NCBI GenBank assembly: GCA_039804105.1
Contig: JBDRZU010000001.1
Location: 864,001-928,000, forward strand
DNA length: 64,000 bases
Origin: a candidate division WOR-3 bacterium
Lineage (GTDB): Bacteria; Hydrothermota; 32-111
Reading direction: 5' to 3'
The translations under genes were made by a program, and so were the position numbers. Below are positions 1-10,268 of the stretch, in pieces. Position 1 is the stretch's first letter. Each line of letters begins with the position of its first letter. The notes beneath the pieces are model-generated. The model had not been told where the DNA came from. It did no database searches and saw only the letters and a list, made by a program, of their open reading frames with translations.

Positions 1-1
1 T

Positions 2-553
2 ACGATAGAAATAGGTGGTATGAATATAACAAAAGATATTTCTATAGGTTTAAGGTTAACAAACAGTGAATCTGAACATGTTAAAAAGAAATATGGGAGT
101 TGTATCAAAGATAATATAGATCCAGAAGAAAAATTTAAAGTAAAAGGTTTAACTGACAACGAGGAAAGAGAGATAAGTTCTCTTGAACTTTATGAAATAA
201 TAGCACCAAGGGTTGATGAACTTATAGAGTTTATACAACAATCTTTGGCATCATCACAACTTTTTGACAAACTGAATGCTGGACTCGTCCTAACCGGAGG
301 AACAGCGAATCTAAAAGGGATCAAAGAAAGATTTGAAAGAAAAATGAATTTACCTGTAAAAATAGGTTATCCAAAATTGAATGTAGGAATGTCTGAGCAG
401 ATCAAAGATCCTTCATTTGCTGTTGCCTGTGGTATTTTGGAGTACATAACTCCAAAATATTCAAACAAAGGTTACTCAAGTAAAAAGAAGATGAATTTTT
501 TGGGTTCTTTTTCAAAAATCTATAACACGATAAAAGATCTTTTTAAATTATAA
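2..553 (+). CDS. ftsA: Cell division protein FtsA, C-terminal part (truncated by window edge)
   Basis: Frame is open from base 2 (TIEIGGMNITKDI...). Motifs GG-x-x-IT-x-DI, EHVKKKYG, GLVLTGGTANLKGI and PSFAVACG are present; lies immediately upstream of ftsZ. Confidence 0.95.
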   Translation, partial: TIEIGGMNITKDISIGLRLTNSESEHVKKKYGSCIKDNIDPEEKFKVKGLTDNEEREISSLELYEIIAPRVDELIEFIQQSLASSQLFDKLNAGLVLTGGTANLKGIKERFERKMNLPVKIGYPKLNVGMSEQIKDPSFAVACGILEYITPKYSNKGYSSKKKMNFLGSFSKIYNTIKDLFKL

Positions 554-567
554 AAAGGGGGAGAAAA

Positions 568-1683
568 ATGTTTATGCCAGTTAACGATCAAATTCAACCA
601 GCCAAAATAAAAGTGCTGGGAATCGGAGGTGCTGGAGGAAATGCTGTTAACAGAATGATAAACTACAAATTTACAGGTGTTGACTTCATCTCAATAAACA
701 CTGATCTTCAAATTTTGAGTTTATCAAAAGCACCAACAAAAATTCAAATCGGGAGATCAATCGCTAAAGGTCTTGGTGGTGGCGGAGATCCAGAGATTGG
801 TAAAAAAGCAGCAGAGGAAAACAAAGATGAAATAAAAAAGGTACTTGAAGGAAGTGATCTTGTTTTTATAACAGCGGGAATGGGTGGTGCAACAGGAACA
901 GGTGCAAGCCCTGTTGTTGCTGAAATAGCTAAAGAACTTGGAATTTTAACTATCGCAATAGTTACAAGGCCTTTTCTATTCGAAGGTAAAAAAAGAAATG
1001 AGGCAGCTGATATAGGAATAAAAAAATTGAAAGAGATAGTTGATACCATGATCGTTGTTCCAAACGAAAAATTAAAAATGATATGTGATAGATCCACACC
1101 TTTGAATATGTTGTTTGAGAGTGCTGACAATGTCTTATATCAAGCAACAAAGGGAATATCTGATATAATTACAAGAGCAGGATACATCAACAGAGATTTT
1201 GCGGATGTGAAAAGTATAATGTCCCATAGGGGTGATGCAATAATCGGTGTTGGAAGTGCAAAAGGAGATGATAAAGGAGCAAGTGCTGCACAGATAGCTC
1301 TCGATTGTCCAATTCTTGAAGATGCATCTATAGACAAAGCATCTGCGATTCTGTTATCAATAACAGGACCAGAGAGACTTGCATGGGGAGACGTTGAGGA
1401 TGCAATAGAGATAATCAAGAAAAGAACAAACAATAATGATATAAACCTAACATGGGGTGTAATATATGATAACAATATCGAGGATGAAGTTAGAATAACA
1501 ATCGTTGCAACAGGTATAAATGGGAATATTGATAAAAAACCAGAAAAAGCTGAAGCTTTAGAACTTTTCCCTGAAAATAGAGATGTTAAGGAAAGTTTTG
1601 AAGATAAATTTACAGTAAGAAGAAATTATTCAAAAGAAGAGGATATAGAAAAACCTGCATTTTTAAGAAGAGCAAGTGATTAA
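568..1683 (+). CDS. ftsZ: Cell division GTPase FtsZ
   Basis: IKVLGIGGAGGNAVNRM, NTD, AGMGGATGTG, T7 loop NRDFAD and C-terminal PAFLRR tail; GGGGGAG SD-like sequence upstream. Confidence 0.98.
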   Translation: MFMPVNDQIQPAKIKVLGIGGAGGNAVNRMINYKFTGVDFISINTDLQILSLSKAPTKIQIGRSIAKGLGGGGDPEIGKKAAEENKDEIKKVLEGSDLVFITAGMGGATGTGASPVVAEIAKELGILTIAIVTRPFLFEGKKRNEAADIGIKKLKEIVDTMIVVPNEKLKMICDRSTPLNMLFESADNVLYQATKGISDIITRAGYINRDFADVKSIMSHRGDAIIGVGSAKGDDKGASAAQIALDCPILEDASIDKASAILLSITGPERLAWGDVEDAIEIIKKRTNNNDINLTWGVIYDNNIEDEVRITIVATGINGNIDKKPEKAEALELFPENRDVKESFEDKFTVRRNYSKEEDIEKPAFLRRASD

Positions 1684-1702
1684 AACTTTTTACCTCCCCC
1701 AC

Positions 1703-1727
1703 GGTGGGAAGGAATCTCCTTCCCACC
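1703..1727. terminator. Hairpin between convergent ftsZ and GT4 genes, probable terminator
   Basis: Perfect 11-bp stem GGTGGGAAGGA / TCCTTCCCACC with 3-nt loop (ATC). No strong adjacent U-tract. Confidence 0.65.
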
Positions 1728-2758
1728 TAAAATAAAGATTTAAAATCTTCTTTTATCTTTCTATTCGAAAAATGTTTTAAAACAACTTTTTGACAGTTTA
1801 TTGAAATTTTATTAAGATTTTCCTTATTGTAAAAATCAAAAAATTTTTTTGCAATAACTTCAGGATCATAGCGCTCAAAAACTAATCCATTAAAACCTGT
1901 CCTCACATAATCATCCATTCCATTACCTTTCAAAAGTAAAGGTATTACACCAAATGCCATGCTTTCCGCTACAACTCTTGAAAAGGTTTCCGTTCTCCTG
2001 TTAAAAAATAACAGAAAAGAAGCTGTCGATAAAACACTTTCAATCTCTTCATAATTTTTAAAAACCACTTCTTTGAAATTGTACTTTTCTTCGTTTTCTT
2101 TTCCAAAAAAACCTGCTTTTTTGGTTATAACTATTAATTTAGCATCATTCATAAAACTTTTAATCTTTTCAAAAACTTCAAAAATCCTATCATATCCTTT
2201 TTCATACGTTGGATCACCAAAATATAGGAATGTTTTAAAATCCTTTTCACTCTCTTGCACTCTATCAACAATATTGTACAAAACTTTACCGTTTTTCAAT
2301 CCATACCTTGTCTTTAAAAAATTGGAATTAAAAACTGTTCGGTACGAAAAAATGTAAATAAGCCTTTTTAACACTTTTATCATTCCATTTTCATACATAT
2401 CTCTTTCAAAAATGATCCATCTGAAATTACGATATTTTAATTTATAAGAAAAAACCAGAATGTGTGATTTGAAAGTGTTTGAGATGATCGTATCAGATTT
2501 AAGATCAATCATTTTTAATACATCCATAATTGCCTGTAAAAATAGAATAAGATTTTTTAAATCCTTCTTTAAAAGAAGAGTTTCTTTTCTAACGGGTATT
2601 TCTTCAACTTTAACATCTTTGTGAAAATTCCATATACCCTTATCTGCAACTAACACTTTAATATCAAAATCTTCAACAAGAGTATTTATTAATTTTTCAA
2701 GAGATATTTCAGCTCCACCTCTATATGGAGAGAGATCAACAAAAATAATTCTTTTCAT
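1727..2758 (-). CDS. Glycosyltransferase family 4 (GT-B)
   Basis: N-terminal GGAE, central KGYD and ETFSRVVAESMAFG (E-x7-E) motifs. Confidence 0.88.
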   Translation of the reverse strand: MKRIIFVDLSPYRGGAEISLEKLINTLVEDFDIKVLVADKGIWNFHKDVKVEEIPVRKETLLLKKDLKNLILFLQAIMDVLKMIDLKSDTIISNTFKSHILVFSYKLKYRNFRWIIFERDMYENGMIKVLKRLIYIFSYRTVFNSNFLKTRYGLKNGKVLYNIVDRVQESEKDFKTFLYFGDPTYEKGYDRIFEVFEKIKSFMNDAKLIVITKKAGFFGKENEEKYNFKEVVFKNYEEIESVLSTASFLLFFNRRTETFSRVVAESMAFGVIPLLLKGNGMDDYVRTGFNGLVFERYDPEVIAKKFFDFYNKENLNKISINCQKVVLKHFSNRKIKEDFKSLF

Positions 2759-4047
2759 AATCTTTCTAAAATTTTTTCAACAATAAAATTCGAAGAAGTT
2801 TCACCAACATACTCTACAAAAAATTTTAATTTATTCTCAACATAATCCTTGTTAAAACTTTTTTCAAAAAATTTTTCATACAATTTTCTAAAATCGGTTT
2901 CATCTGAACTTATCTCTGCCATTCCACTTTTTGTTAACCCCAAAAAATCACCTCTGTTAAGAAAATCTATCACTATTACAGGTTTACACAAAAACATTGC
3001 TTCAAGAAGTGCTGTTGAATAAAAACCAGTTACAATTTTAGATCTTTTTATCAATTCCTTAATTTTTCCTTTCTCCCATTTTATGAGTTTATTTTCTGAA
3101 AAAATTTTTTTTAAAAATTGAAAGTTGTATTCATTCCTCAAATAAACTTTAAAGTTGGTATCTAAACCTTTAAGCATTTTTGCAATTTTTTCATAAACAT
3201 ATTCAAATTCTTCTTCAAACCCTATGAACTGTTGATCTATTAAAAGAAGATCTATATCCTCTTCAATCTTACTACAATTGATTTCAAAAGCAGGATTTCC
3301 TCCAACTATTATTCTGTTTTCAGGAATAAAATTCTTTAAGTAAAGATATGAGGCATTTCCCCAACATACAAAAAAATCTGCATTCAAAGGAGCAAAAGAC
3401 TCTTTTATCATAGGCAAACAGCTTTCAGAAATTGGAGTAATTCCGTGTTGAAAAACAAATGTTTTTACCCCTTTCTCTTTGAAATATTCGACAAGGATAT
3501 GTTTAAATTTTGTTCTGTCTTCATCAACCAATACAAATAAAGGTAACTTTTTTGAAAAATATTTTTGAAGCATTTTTTCAAACCTTTCAAGATCATAATA
3601 ATTATCCTGAACTATATCTTTATAAAGATTTCCAATTTTGTATTCAATATCAACTACTTTAATTGAAATTGGAACCCTTCCAATTCTTGAATAAACCAGA
3701 TTTTGTCCATCAAAAAATCCAAATGGACTGTTTGTGATCTTTACTGTTATATTGTTTATTTTCTTTTCAAGGAATTTTTCTTGTATACTTCGTGGGAGGT
3801 TTCCAAAACTTAAAAAAAATGGTTCTTTGGGATTTTTAATTTTCAGATTCATGGAAAATAAATTTTTTCTCTTCTTTTTATACAAAAAATTTTCGGAGAA
3901 ACTGTCATATGTTGCCCACAACAAAGAATATTTTAAATTCTTAAATTCAGGATAGAGATTTAAAAAATGTTCAACCATTTCAACTGACAAAATATATTTT
4001 TTCATCTGATTTTCTTTAATCGATTTGGTATCCATCATACTCCTCAA
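2755..4047 (-). CDS. GT-B-fold surface polysaccharide biosynthesis protein (capsule/glycerophosphotransferase-like); true start may be 4035 or 4005
   Basis: FQHG, ADFFVCWG, IVGGNP and YSTALLEAMFLCKPVI motifs; sits inside the glycan cluster. Confidence 0.6.
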   Translation of the reverse strand: MRSMMDTKSIKENQMKKYILSVEMVEHFLNLYPEFKNLKYSLLWATYDSFSENFLYKKKRKNLFSMNLKIKNPKEPFFLSFGNLPRSIQEKFLEKKINNITVKITNSPFGFFDGQNLVYSRIGRVPISIKVVDIEYKIGNLYKDIVQDNYYDLERFEKMLQKYFSKKLPLFVLVDEDRTKFKHILVEYFKEKGVKTFVFQHGITPISESCLPMIKESFAPLNADFFVCWGNASYLYLKNFIPENRIIVGGNPAFEINCSKIEEDIDLLLIDQQFIGFEEEFEYVYEKIAKMLKGLDTNFKVYLRNEYNFQFLKKIFSENKLIKWEKGKIKELIKRSKIVTGFYSTALLEAMFLCKPVIVIDFLNRGDFLGLTKSGMAEISSDETDFRKLYEKFFEKSFNKDYVENKLKFFVEYVGETSSNFIVEKILERL

Positions 4048-5332
4048 ATAAAACTTTTAAAATGACCGGCAAAATAAAATGAAAATTGAACAACGATGAA
4101 AAGATAAAAAGGAGAATGTAAAAAATTGTGAAAATATTGATTCTCCTAAAGAGTATCAAAATTGAAAACACAAAATATAAAATAAAAACAAAGCCACCGG
4201 AGAAAAAAAGATTTAAGAAACTCGTTTCATACTTATTCTTATCGATGTTTTTATCAAGCGCTTTACTTGAAAGATACAAACCAACTCCAAAAGGTTTTCT
4301 CTTAAAACTAAACATATCATTTTTTACTTTTTGTATTCTGTTTTTCAGAGAATATGTTTCAAAATTCCTTATGAATGGCTCAACATTATGTTTTAATATT
4401 GTTTCAAGCCTGTTATCATCTTTATATATGGTTGTATCAATTTTAACAAAGATGAATAAAAATTCAGATAAAATTAAAAAAAGTAAAAAAAGAATAAAAA
4501 AAACTTTATACATCTTTTTAAATAAAAGGAAAACAAAAAACATAAGTATTGCAACAAACATAGCCGTTCGAAACGAAAAAAGTATTATAAGAAAAAACGA
4601 AATCAAAGAAAAAAGGATAGAGAATTTAGTTTTATTTTTAAGAAAAACAACAAATGATAAAACAAGAAAACAAGAGAACTCTTCAACAGATGAAAAAGTT
4701 GAGAAAGGTCTATAATAATTACCAAGCTTTAATGAAGTATATTGATAAAATGATACATTTTTAACATAATAAATATCAGACAACAAATAAATGTTAAAAT
4801 ACTGTAACAATCCATAAAAAATTGTTAAAGGGAAAAAATAAATAAGAAACCTATTAAAAACAGGACTAAAATTTTTAAAATTTAGAAAAAAGAAAAAAGG
4901 AAGGATGTAAAGATTCACAAGGACGAAAAAATCAAAAATATTGGTTTTTAACGGCAAAATTATCATATAAATTATTATTATAAAATGAAGTAAAAAAAAT
5001 ATTTTCAATTCTTTTGTTAAATTTAAAAATGAAATAAAAATTTCATTCAAAAAGAAGATAATATAGAGAAAAGGTATAAGAAAAATAAGATTATAAGCAT
5101 ATCCTGTTGTGAGAAAATAGAATAATCTTGAAAAGAAACCGTAGAACAATAAAAAAAACAAAAAAGAAATATTATTTTTATTTTTTTTATCTATAGCAAT
5201 TATAAGAAAAAACAACACCAAAGGAAAAACGAAAAACAAATTTTGTTCCCTAACCGCAATGAATAAGTAAAAAGATATTCCTATAACAATCGATACCAGT
5301 TTAAAGATATTTGAAAAACCTAAACTTCTCAT
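4016..5332 (-). CDS. Polytopic membrane protein, Wzy/O-antigen ligase-like
   Basis: About 10-12 hydrophobic segments; YGLLQY...RPFSTFS, SFRTA, large loop then PFGVG; located between GT2 and GT-B genes. Confidence 0.7.
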   Translation of the reverse strand: MRSLGFSNIFKLVSIVIGISFYLFIAVREQNLFFVFPLVLFFLIIAIDKKNKNNISFLFFLLFYGFFSRLFYFLTTGYAYNLIFLIPFLYIIFFLNEIFISFLNLTKELKIFFLLHFIIIIYMIILPLKTNIFDFFVLVNLYILPFFFFLNFKNFSPVFNRFLIYFFPLTIFYGLLQYFNIYLLSDIYYVKNVSFYQYTSLKLGNYYRPFSTFSSVEEFSCFLVLSFVVFLKNKTKFSILFSLISFFLIILFSFRTAMFVAILMFFVFLLFKKMYKVFFILFLLFLILSEFLFIFVKIDTTIYKDDNRLETILKHNVEPFIRNFETYSLKNRIQKVKNDMFSFKRKPFGVGLYLSSKALDKNIDKNKYETSFLNLFFSGGFVFILYFVFSILILFRRINIFTIFYILLFIFSSLFNFHFILPVILKVLFEEYDGYQID

Positions 5333-6180
5333 CGTTTTAATTTTAACATTCTTTTTAAAAATAAAAATAGTTTTAAATAAATATTTATAAACCTTCTTAC
5401 TTTTTTTCCATAATGTTTTTCAAGAAAATAATCCATAGATTTAAAAGAATAATTTAAAGATTCTTTGGATGCAGAAAGATTATGTTTGTGAAATGCTTTT
5501 AATTTTGACTCATAAAATATTTTAAAATTCTGTTTTTTAAATCTTAAAAAAAGATCTGTTTCTTCATAAGTTAAGAAAAATCCTGGATCAAATTTTCCAA
5601 CTCTTTCAAATGATTTTTTTTCTATAAGCATCAAAGATCCATTAACTCCACAAACCTCTTTTGAACCTTTATAAAAGTGAATTCCTTCCCAAACACCCAA
5701 ATATCCATTGCTCTTTCTATCGAAAAGTGAAAGGATAAAAGGTAAAAATGAAAAATGATAGAGTATAACAAAAGGATCGTAACATTTTTTTTGAATACCT
5801 TTTCTAAAACTTATGTTTGAATAGATATTGAATCCAACAATCGAATAACTTTTTTCTCTATATTCCTTTATCTTGTGTTCGAGTTTTTTAAAAAATTCTT
5901 TTTCAAAAATAATATCATCATTGGATATGAGGAAATAATCGGTTTCGACAAAGGATGAACCAATGTTTATAGATTTTCCATAGCCATAATTTTCTGGATT
6001 TTTAATATATGCTTTTTTTAAATCTTTTGGAATAACATTTTCATTATCACCATTATCTATCAATATGAGTTTAATATTATCTTCCTTTAAAATTTTGTAA
6101 TTATGTGTAAAAAATTGCTCAGCATTTTTTCTTTTAAATAGAACAACTATAAGATTCAGTTCAAATTTTTTCTCATCCAT
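5329..6180 (-). CDS. Glycosyltransferase family 2
   Basis: IDNG, NYGYGKSINIG, SNDD and GKFDPGFFLTYEETDL motifs. Confidence 0.92.
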   Translation of the reverse strand: MDEKKFELNLIVVLFKRKNAEQFFTHNYKILKEDNIKLILIDNGDNENVIPKDLKKAYIKNPENYGYGKSINIGSSFVETDYFLISNDDIIFEKEFFKKLEHKIKEYREKSYSIVGFNIYSNISFRKGIQKKCYDPFVILYHFSFLPFILSLFDRKSNGYLGVWEGIHFYKGSKEVCGVNGSLMLIEKKSFERVGKFDPGFFLTYEETDLFLRFKKQNFKIFYESKLKAFHKHNLSASKESLNYSFKSMDYFLEKHYGKKVRRFINIYLKLFLFLKRMLKLKR

Positions 6181-7511
6181 AATACAAGTTTTTTACCTTT
6201 AAAAACAAAAATAAAACAAATAAAAATAATTATACCTATCAACAGATTTAGATACAGTTTTTCAAATGAGAATATTAACAAAGAAAAAACCAGTACAGTA
6301 GCGAGAGATAACAAATTCAAAACTTTTACTTTCAGAATGAAATTTGTAAAAAATATCCCTATAAAAAAATAAAAAGTTTTTAAAGTTAAAAAATAATATG
6401 AAAAGTTAACGATATCAATTTTTTTTTCAAAAATGTAGAAAATTAAAACACCAGATAAAGTTAAAAATGAACCAACGATTTGAAGGTAGTTATAGTATTT
6501 CAATTTTTCTATTGAAAGAAGTTTGTTAAACATTATATAGAAAAATATATCAAAAAAAATCGTTATGGAAAGTATTAAAAATATGTTAACCGACTCAATA
6601 TAATTTGTTAAAAATTTTTTTGTAACAATTTTTAAAAAGACATATGAAAGAGTTATGAAGAAAAAAGTTAATACCGAAATTGTAATAAAAAGGAAATTCA
6701 ATCTTCTATAAGAATATTTGTTTATATTTTTTACAAAATCAGGTAAAAAATATTGAACTATAGAAACAGGTAACATTTGAACAAACGAAATGAAAAATAC
6801 TGCTGTTGAATAAATTGCAAAAGTTTCTTTAATTAAAATAAAACTTAAAAACAATCTTTCAAAACTTGAGATTATCTGGTTTAAAAATCCTACAAAATAG
6901 ATAGAAAATCCTTTTCTAAAAAAAAACAAAAAATTATCAAAACTAAAAGTTTCAAAACGAATACCTTTTGTAAAAATAACACCAACAGCAAATGATATTA
7001 ATGAATAAAAAATAAAACTAATATATGCGCCATTTAAACCAAAAGAATAAGTCAAAACTATTGTTAAAACCAAAAGTATTATCTGTGAAAGAACAAGATT
7101 TATTGAATATTTAGAAAAATCTCCAATAGATTTTAAATAATATAATGGTATCTCTTTTGCAGAATAAAAAAAGAGTGTCAAGAATAAAAAAAGAAAGATT
7201 TCTTTTCTAAGAAATAAAACTAAAATAAGCAAGCATAAAGAAACTACAAAAAAAATTAAAGAATTTATTGTAAAGATTTTGTTTTTGTAAATTTCTCTTT
7301 CTTTATCAGACACTTTTGGAAGAAGTATTAAAAAGGAATTTGTTAAACCAAAATTAAACAGTAACAGATAATTTAAGATAATTTTAAATTGACTGAACTC
7401 TCCCATCTGCTGAAGTGAAAGCATTTTTACAAGTAAAAAACCTTGAACGAACGATAAAAAAATATTTATGTAATTTGAAAAAGTATAAAAAGTGATGTTT
7501 CTAATCACCAT
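6156..7511 (-). CDS. wzx: Oligosaccharide flippase (Wzx-like)
   Basis: About 12 hydrophobic segments; IRN...MLS-x3-MGEF...NFGL and ER-x-FL...FAIYS patterns; inside the glycan cluster. Confidence 0.75.
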   Translation of the reverse strand: MVIRNITFYTFSNYINIFLSFVQGFLLVKMLSLQQMGEFSQFKIILNYLLLFNFGLTNSFLILLPKVSDKEREIYKNKIFTINSLIFFVVSLCLLILVLFLRKEIFLFLFLTLFFYSAKEIPLYYLKSIGDFSKYSINLVLSQIILLVLTIVLTYSFGLNGAYISFIFYSLISFAVGVIFTKGIRFETFSFDNFLFFFRKGFSIYFVGFLNQIISSFERLFLSFILIKETFAIYSTAVFFISFVQMLPVSIVQYFLPDFVKNINKYSYRRLNFLFITISVLTFFFITLSYVFLKIVTKKFLTNYIESVNIFLILSITIFFDIFFYIMFNKLLSIEKLKYYNYLQIVGSFLTLSGVLIFYIFEKKIDIVNFSYYFLTLKTFYFFIGIFFTNFILKVKVLNLLSLATVLVFSLLIFSFEKLYLNLLIGIIIFICFIFVFKGKKLVLWMRKNLN

Positions 7512-8365
7512 TAAAGAAGTTCAGCTCCACATTTCTCACAGTTAAACAGATCTGATCTGTTGATATGACCACATTTGGGACATACAAGACCTTCAATCGT
7601 TTCAATATTTTCTTCCTTAACATTGACTTCAAAATCTTTTTCAAAAACAATATCATCCTCACTTTTATATTTTTTGTTGTTCATCTCAAGAGGATTATCT
7701 TTAACCATTTTTTCCTCTTTGGGAAGATCTTCTCCTAAAGAAAATTTTTCTTCTTTTACTATGTCAGGTTGAATTATATTATCTATTGCAGATTGAATAT
7801 TTTCAGATAAGTCCTTATCAAGTTCTTCTGGTTGGACATTTTCATTTAAATTTTCTCCTATAGGTGGAAAATTTGTTTCAATTTTACTTTCAGGATAAAC
7901 AAGATTGTTTTCATAAACTATTTTTTCACGGAACTGTTCCATAGAAAGATCCACGGGCATTTTTTCTTGAGGTAATATCTTGGTTAACTCTTTTTTATCT
8001 TCCTGAAGTTTTCTTAGTTGATTATGTAATTGATTCTTTTTGTCATCGAGTATTTGTTTTTTTTCTTCAAACTCCTTTAACGTAATCTCTCCGAGTATAC
8101 TTCTAACATTTAATTCTTCTATTTCAAGTTCTAAATCGCTTATTTTTTCATTGATTTCCTTTTCATTTACATTTATCTTTTCTATTTCACTTTTAACAAA
8201 CTCTGCATCTTTTTTAATCTGTTCAAATATGTTTTTCAACTTCTCTTCATATTCGTTTTTGATTTTCTCATAGATCACAAGTTTTATCTGTCCCTTCATT
8301 GCTTCAAGTTTTTTCATTCTATTTTCAAGCTCCTCTTTCTCTAATATCAAACTTTTTAAGTCCAT
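7511..8365 (-). CDS. Coiled-coil (CdvA-like) protein with acidic linker and C-terminal zinc ribbon
   Basis: Heptad-rich N-terminus (IYEKIKNEYEEKL...EELNVRSILGEITLKEF); C-terminal CPKCGHIN...CEKCGAEL. Confidence 0.6.
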   Translation of the reverse strand: MDLKSLILEKEELENRMKKLEAMKGQIKLVIYEKIKNEYEEKLKNIFEQIKKDAEFVKSEIEKINVNEKEINEKISDLELEIEELNVRSILGEITLKEFEEKKQILDDKKNQLHNQLRKLQEDKKELTKILPQEKMPVDLSMEQFREKIVYENNLVYPESKIETNFPPIGENLNENVQPEELDKDLSENIQSAIDNIIQPDIVKEEKFSLGEDLPKEEKMVKDNPLEMNNKKYKSEDDIVFEKDFEVNVKEENIETIEGLVCPKCGHINRSDLFNCEKCGAELL

Positions 8366-9300
8366 TCTTCCCCCTTTATTATTTTTATGAGAGACTCTTC
8401 TATTAATATTGTTCCATACCTTTGATTGAACTTTCTTAGATCCCTTAAAAGATTATACACTATTTCAAAACTTTTTTTCAATACTTTTTCGTCCCAATTT
8501 TTAAATTTGCTTTTTTCGTTTTTTTTTGCTTCAGAGAATTGTTTTAAAAGCATCATAACAAGTCCATCGTTAGTCAGAAGTTTCCATTCAAGACATTTTT
8601 TATATGATAGTAATGTTTCCTTTAATTTTTTTCCCGATAGATTGTTAAGAAAATCAAAAATATATGAATCATAAAATTCAACTTTATCCTGTAATTTCTG
8701 AATATCATCTAATGTTAAAATTTCTCCTTTCATGTATGAAGAGTTTATTATGTTAAAAACAGAATAAATGTTTCCATCGGTAAAGTCCAGTAGTTTTTGT
8801 GCCATGAGATCAGTTATTTCCATATCTCTTACTTTTCCAAATTCAATTATTCGTTTTATGTTTACATCTTTAAGAAACCTGGGATCCATCTCAACAAAAA
8901 AATGAAGTGCGTTTTTATATTTTTGTTCAGAAACTTTTTTTATCTCATATGGAGTCAGATTCTCTTCATCAATACACAGGATTATAAATATTATATTCTT
9001 TTCAAATCCAGAGGCTAAATCGTCTATTCTTTCTGCAAAATTTTTAGAAATTTTTAAACCATCTTTAAAAACAAAAATTTTTTTTTCAGATATAAATGGA
9101 GGTGTTAAAATCTTATTATAAAATTCTTCTTCATTACTCTCATCAAAATAAAATTCAAAGTAATCAAAATCATCAGCACCTGGGGATATATATTTTTCTT
9201 TCAATTTTTGTATAACACTTTTTATATCCTCAGAATAGTTCCCTGATATTACAAAAAAGTTTTTATTTTCCGATAAAGTCAGAATATCTTTTATTTCCAT
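8356..9300 (-). CDS. holA: DNA polymerase III delta subunit (divergent)
   Basis: FFVISG, DFDY, TPPFISEKKIFVFKD, GN...LTLDDI and IFDFLNNL patterns; typical size. Confidence 0.72.
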   Translation of the reverse strand: MEIKDILTLSENKNFFVISGNYSEDIKSVIQKLKEKYISPGADDFDYFEFYFDESNEEEFYNKILTPPFISEKKIFVFKDGLKISKNFAERIDDLASGFEKNIIFIILCIDEENLTPYEIKKVSEQKYKNALHFFVEMDPRFLKDVNIKRIIEFGKVRDMEITDLMAQKLLDFTDGNIYSVFNIINSSYMKGEILTLDDIQKLQDKVEFYDSYIFDFLNNLSGKKLKETLLSYKKCLEWKLLTNDGLVMMLLKQFSEAKKNEKSKFKNWDEKVLKKSFEIVYNLLRDLRKFNQRYGTILIEESLIKIIKGEEWT

Positions 9301-10268
9301 TAGAATAGATATGCAACTCCAATAGAGTTCGTGTTACCTATTTCAAATATTGAAAGAGAATAATAAATAGAACCATTCAAAATATTTAAAAATACTCCAA
9401 AACCAATATTTTTTATATCCGATCTTTCAAAAAGATTTTGGTTATAACCTATATTGAAACCTATAATGTTTGAATAGGTATATATCAAAGATGTCATAAG
9501 CTTTCTGTCATTAAGACCATAGGATATCTCTGAAAAAATGTTCGACTTTATTTTTTGAATATCGATAGAATAGGATATGGATGTAAAGAATTTGTCTTTT
9601 ATCAAATTAACAGTGTTGGAATCGGTGTCCCATACAATTCTTGTTTTTGCAACATCTTTATAAACTAATGAAAAGGAGAATATTCCAGGAATTTTTGATT
9701 TAAAATCATTAAATGAAAACTTAACCGTTGTTCCAAGATCAATTCCAAATCCTATCCCTCTGTTCATAAACAATTTTTGATACAATGATTTTATGTTTCC
9801 ACCTAAACTCAACTCATAAAAGATTTTTTCTTTGTGACCTTTTGTCCTGTATGAAAAATTTAAAATTCCAGCAAAGTAATTATCTGAAAAAAATCCTTCA
9901 GGAATAAACGAAAAAGAATCAGAATATTCTGGATATATCGGGATATCGTTTATATTCTGGTTTAAAACTTGAAAACCAAAATTCACACCTTTGAGTTCGG
10001 GTAATAGAAATGAAAGATTGTTATAATCTGACAAATTTGAAAATAAAAATTTATGTTCATAAAAAACCACAAAACTTGTTCTTGGTTGACCAAACATACT
10101 TGAAGAGTTTGAAGGATTAAAGTAAAAGAGTGGTAATCTTGAAGAACTGAAAGTTAAAACAGCACCTTTACTACCTTCTCCCATAGGTGTAGGTAAAATA
10201 GATAAAAAATCACTTGAAAAAATCTTAAAATTTAAAGAAATGATAAAAAAAATCAGAATTTTTCTCAT
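9300..10268 (-). CDS. PorV/PorQ-like outer-membrane beta-barrel protein
   Basis: Signal peptide, DFLSI...FYFNPS, SLGGNIK...GFGIDLG amphipathic strands, terminal Phe; directly downstream of a PorU-like gene. Confidence 0.68.
   Translation of the reverse strand: MRKILIFFIISLNFKIFSSDFLSILPTPMGEGSKGAVLTFSSSRLPLFYFNPSNSSSMFGQPRTSFVVFYEHKFLFSNLSDYNNLSFLLPELKGVNFGFQVLNQNINDIPIYPEYSDSFSFIPEGFFSDNYFAGILNFSYRTKGHKEKIFYELSLGGNIKSLYQKLFMNRGIGFGIDLGTTVKFSFNDFKSKIPGIFSFSLVYKDVAKTRIVWDTDSNTVNLIKDKFFTSISYSIDIQKIKSNIFSEISYGLNDRKLMTSLIYTYSNIIGFNIGYNQNLFERSDIKNIGFGVFLNILNGSIYYSLSIFEIGNTNSIGVAYLF

Noticed and set aside
4016..7511. Very AT-rich wzy/GT2/wzx block as a mobile island
   Set aside because: No mobility genes or flanking repeats; the genes overlap their neighbours, and the skew is largely explained by Phe/Ile/Leu-rich membrane proteins.
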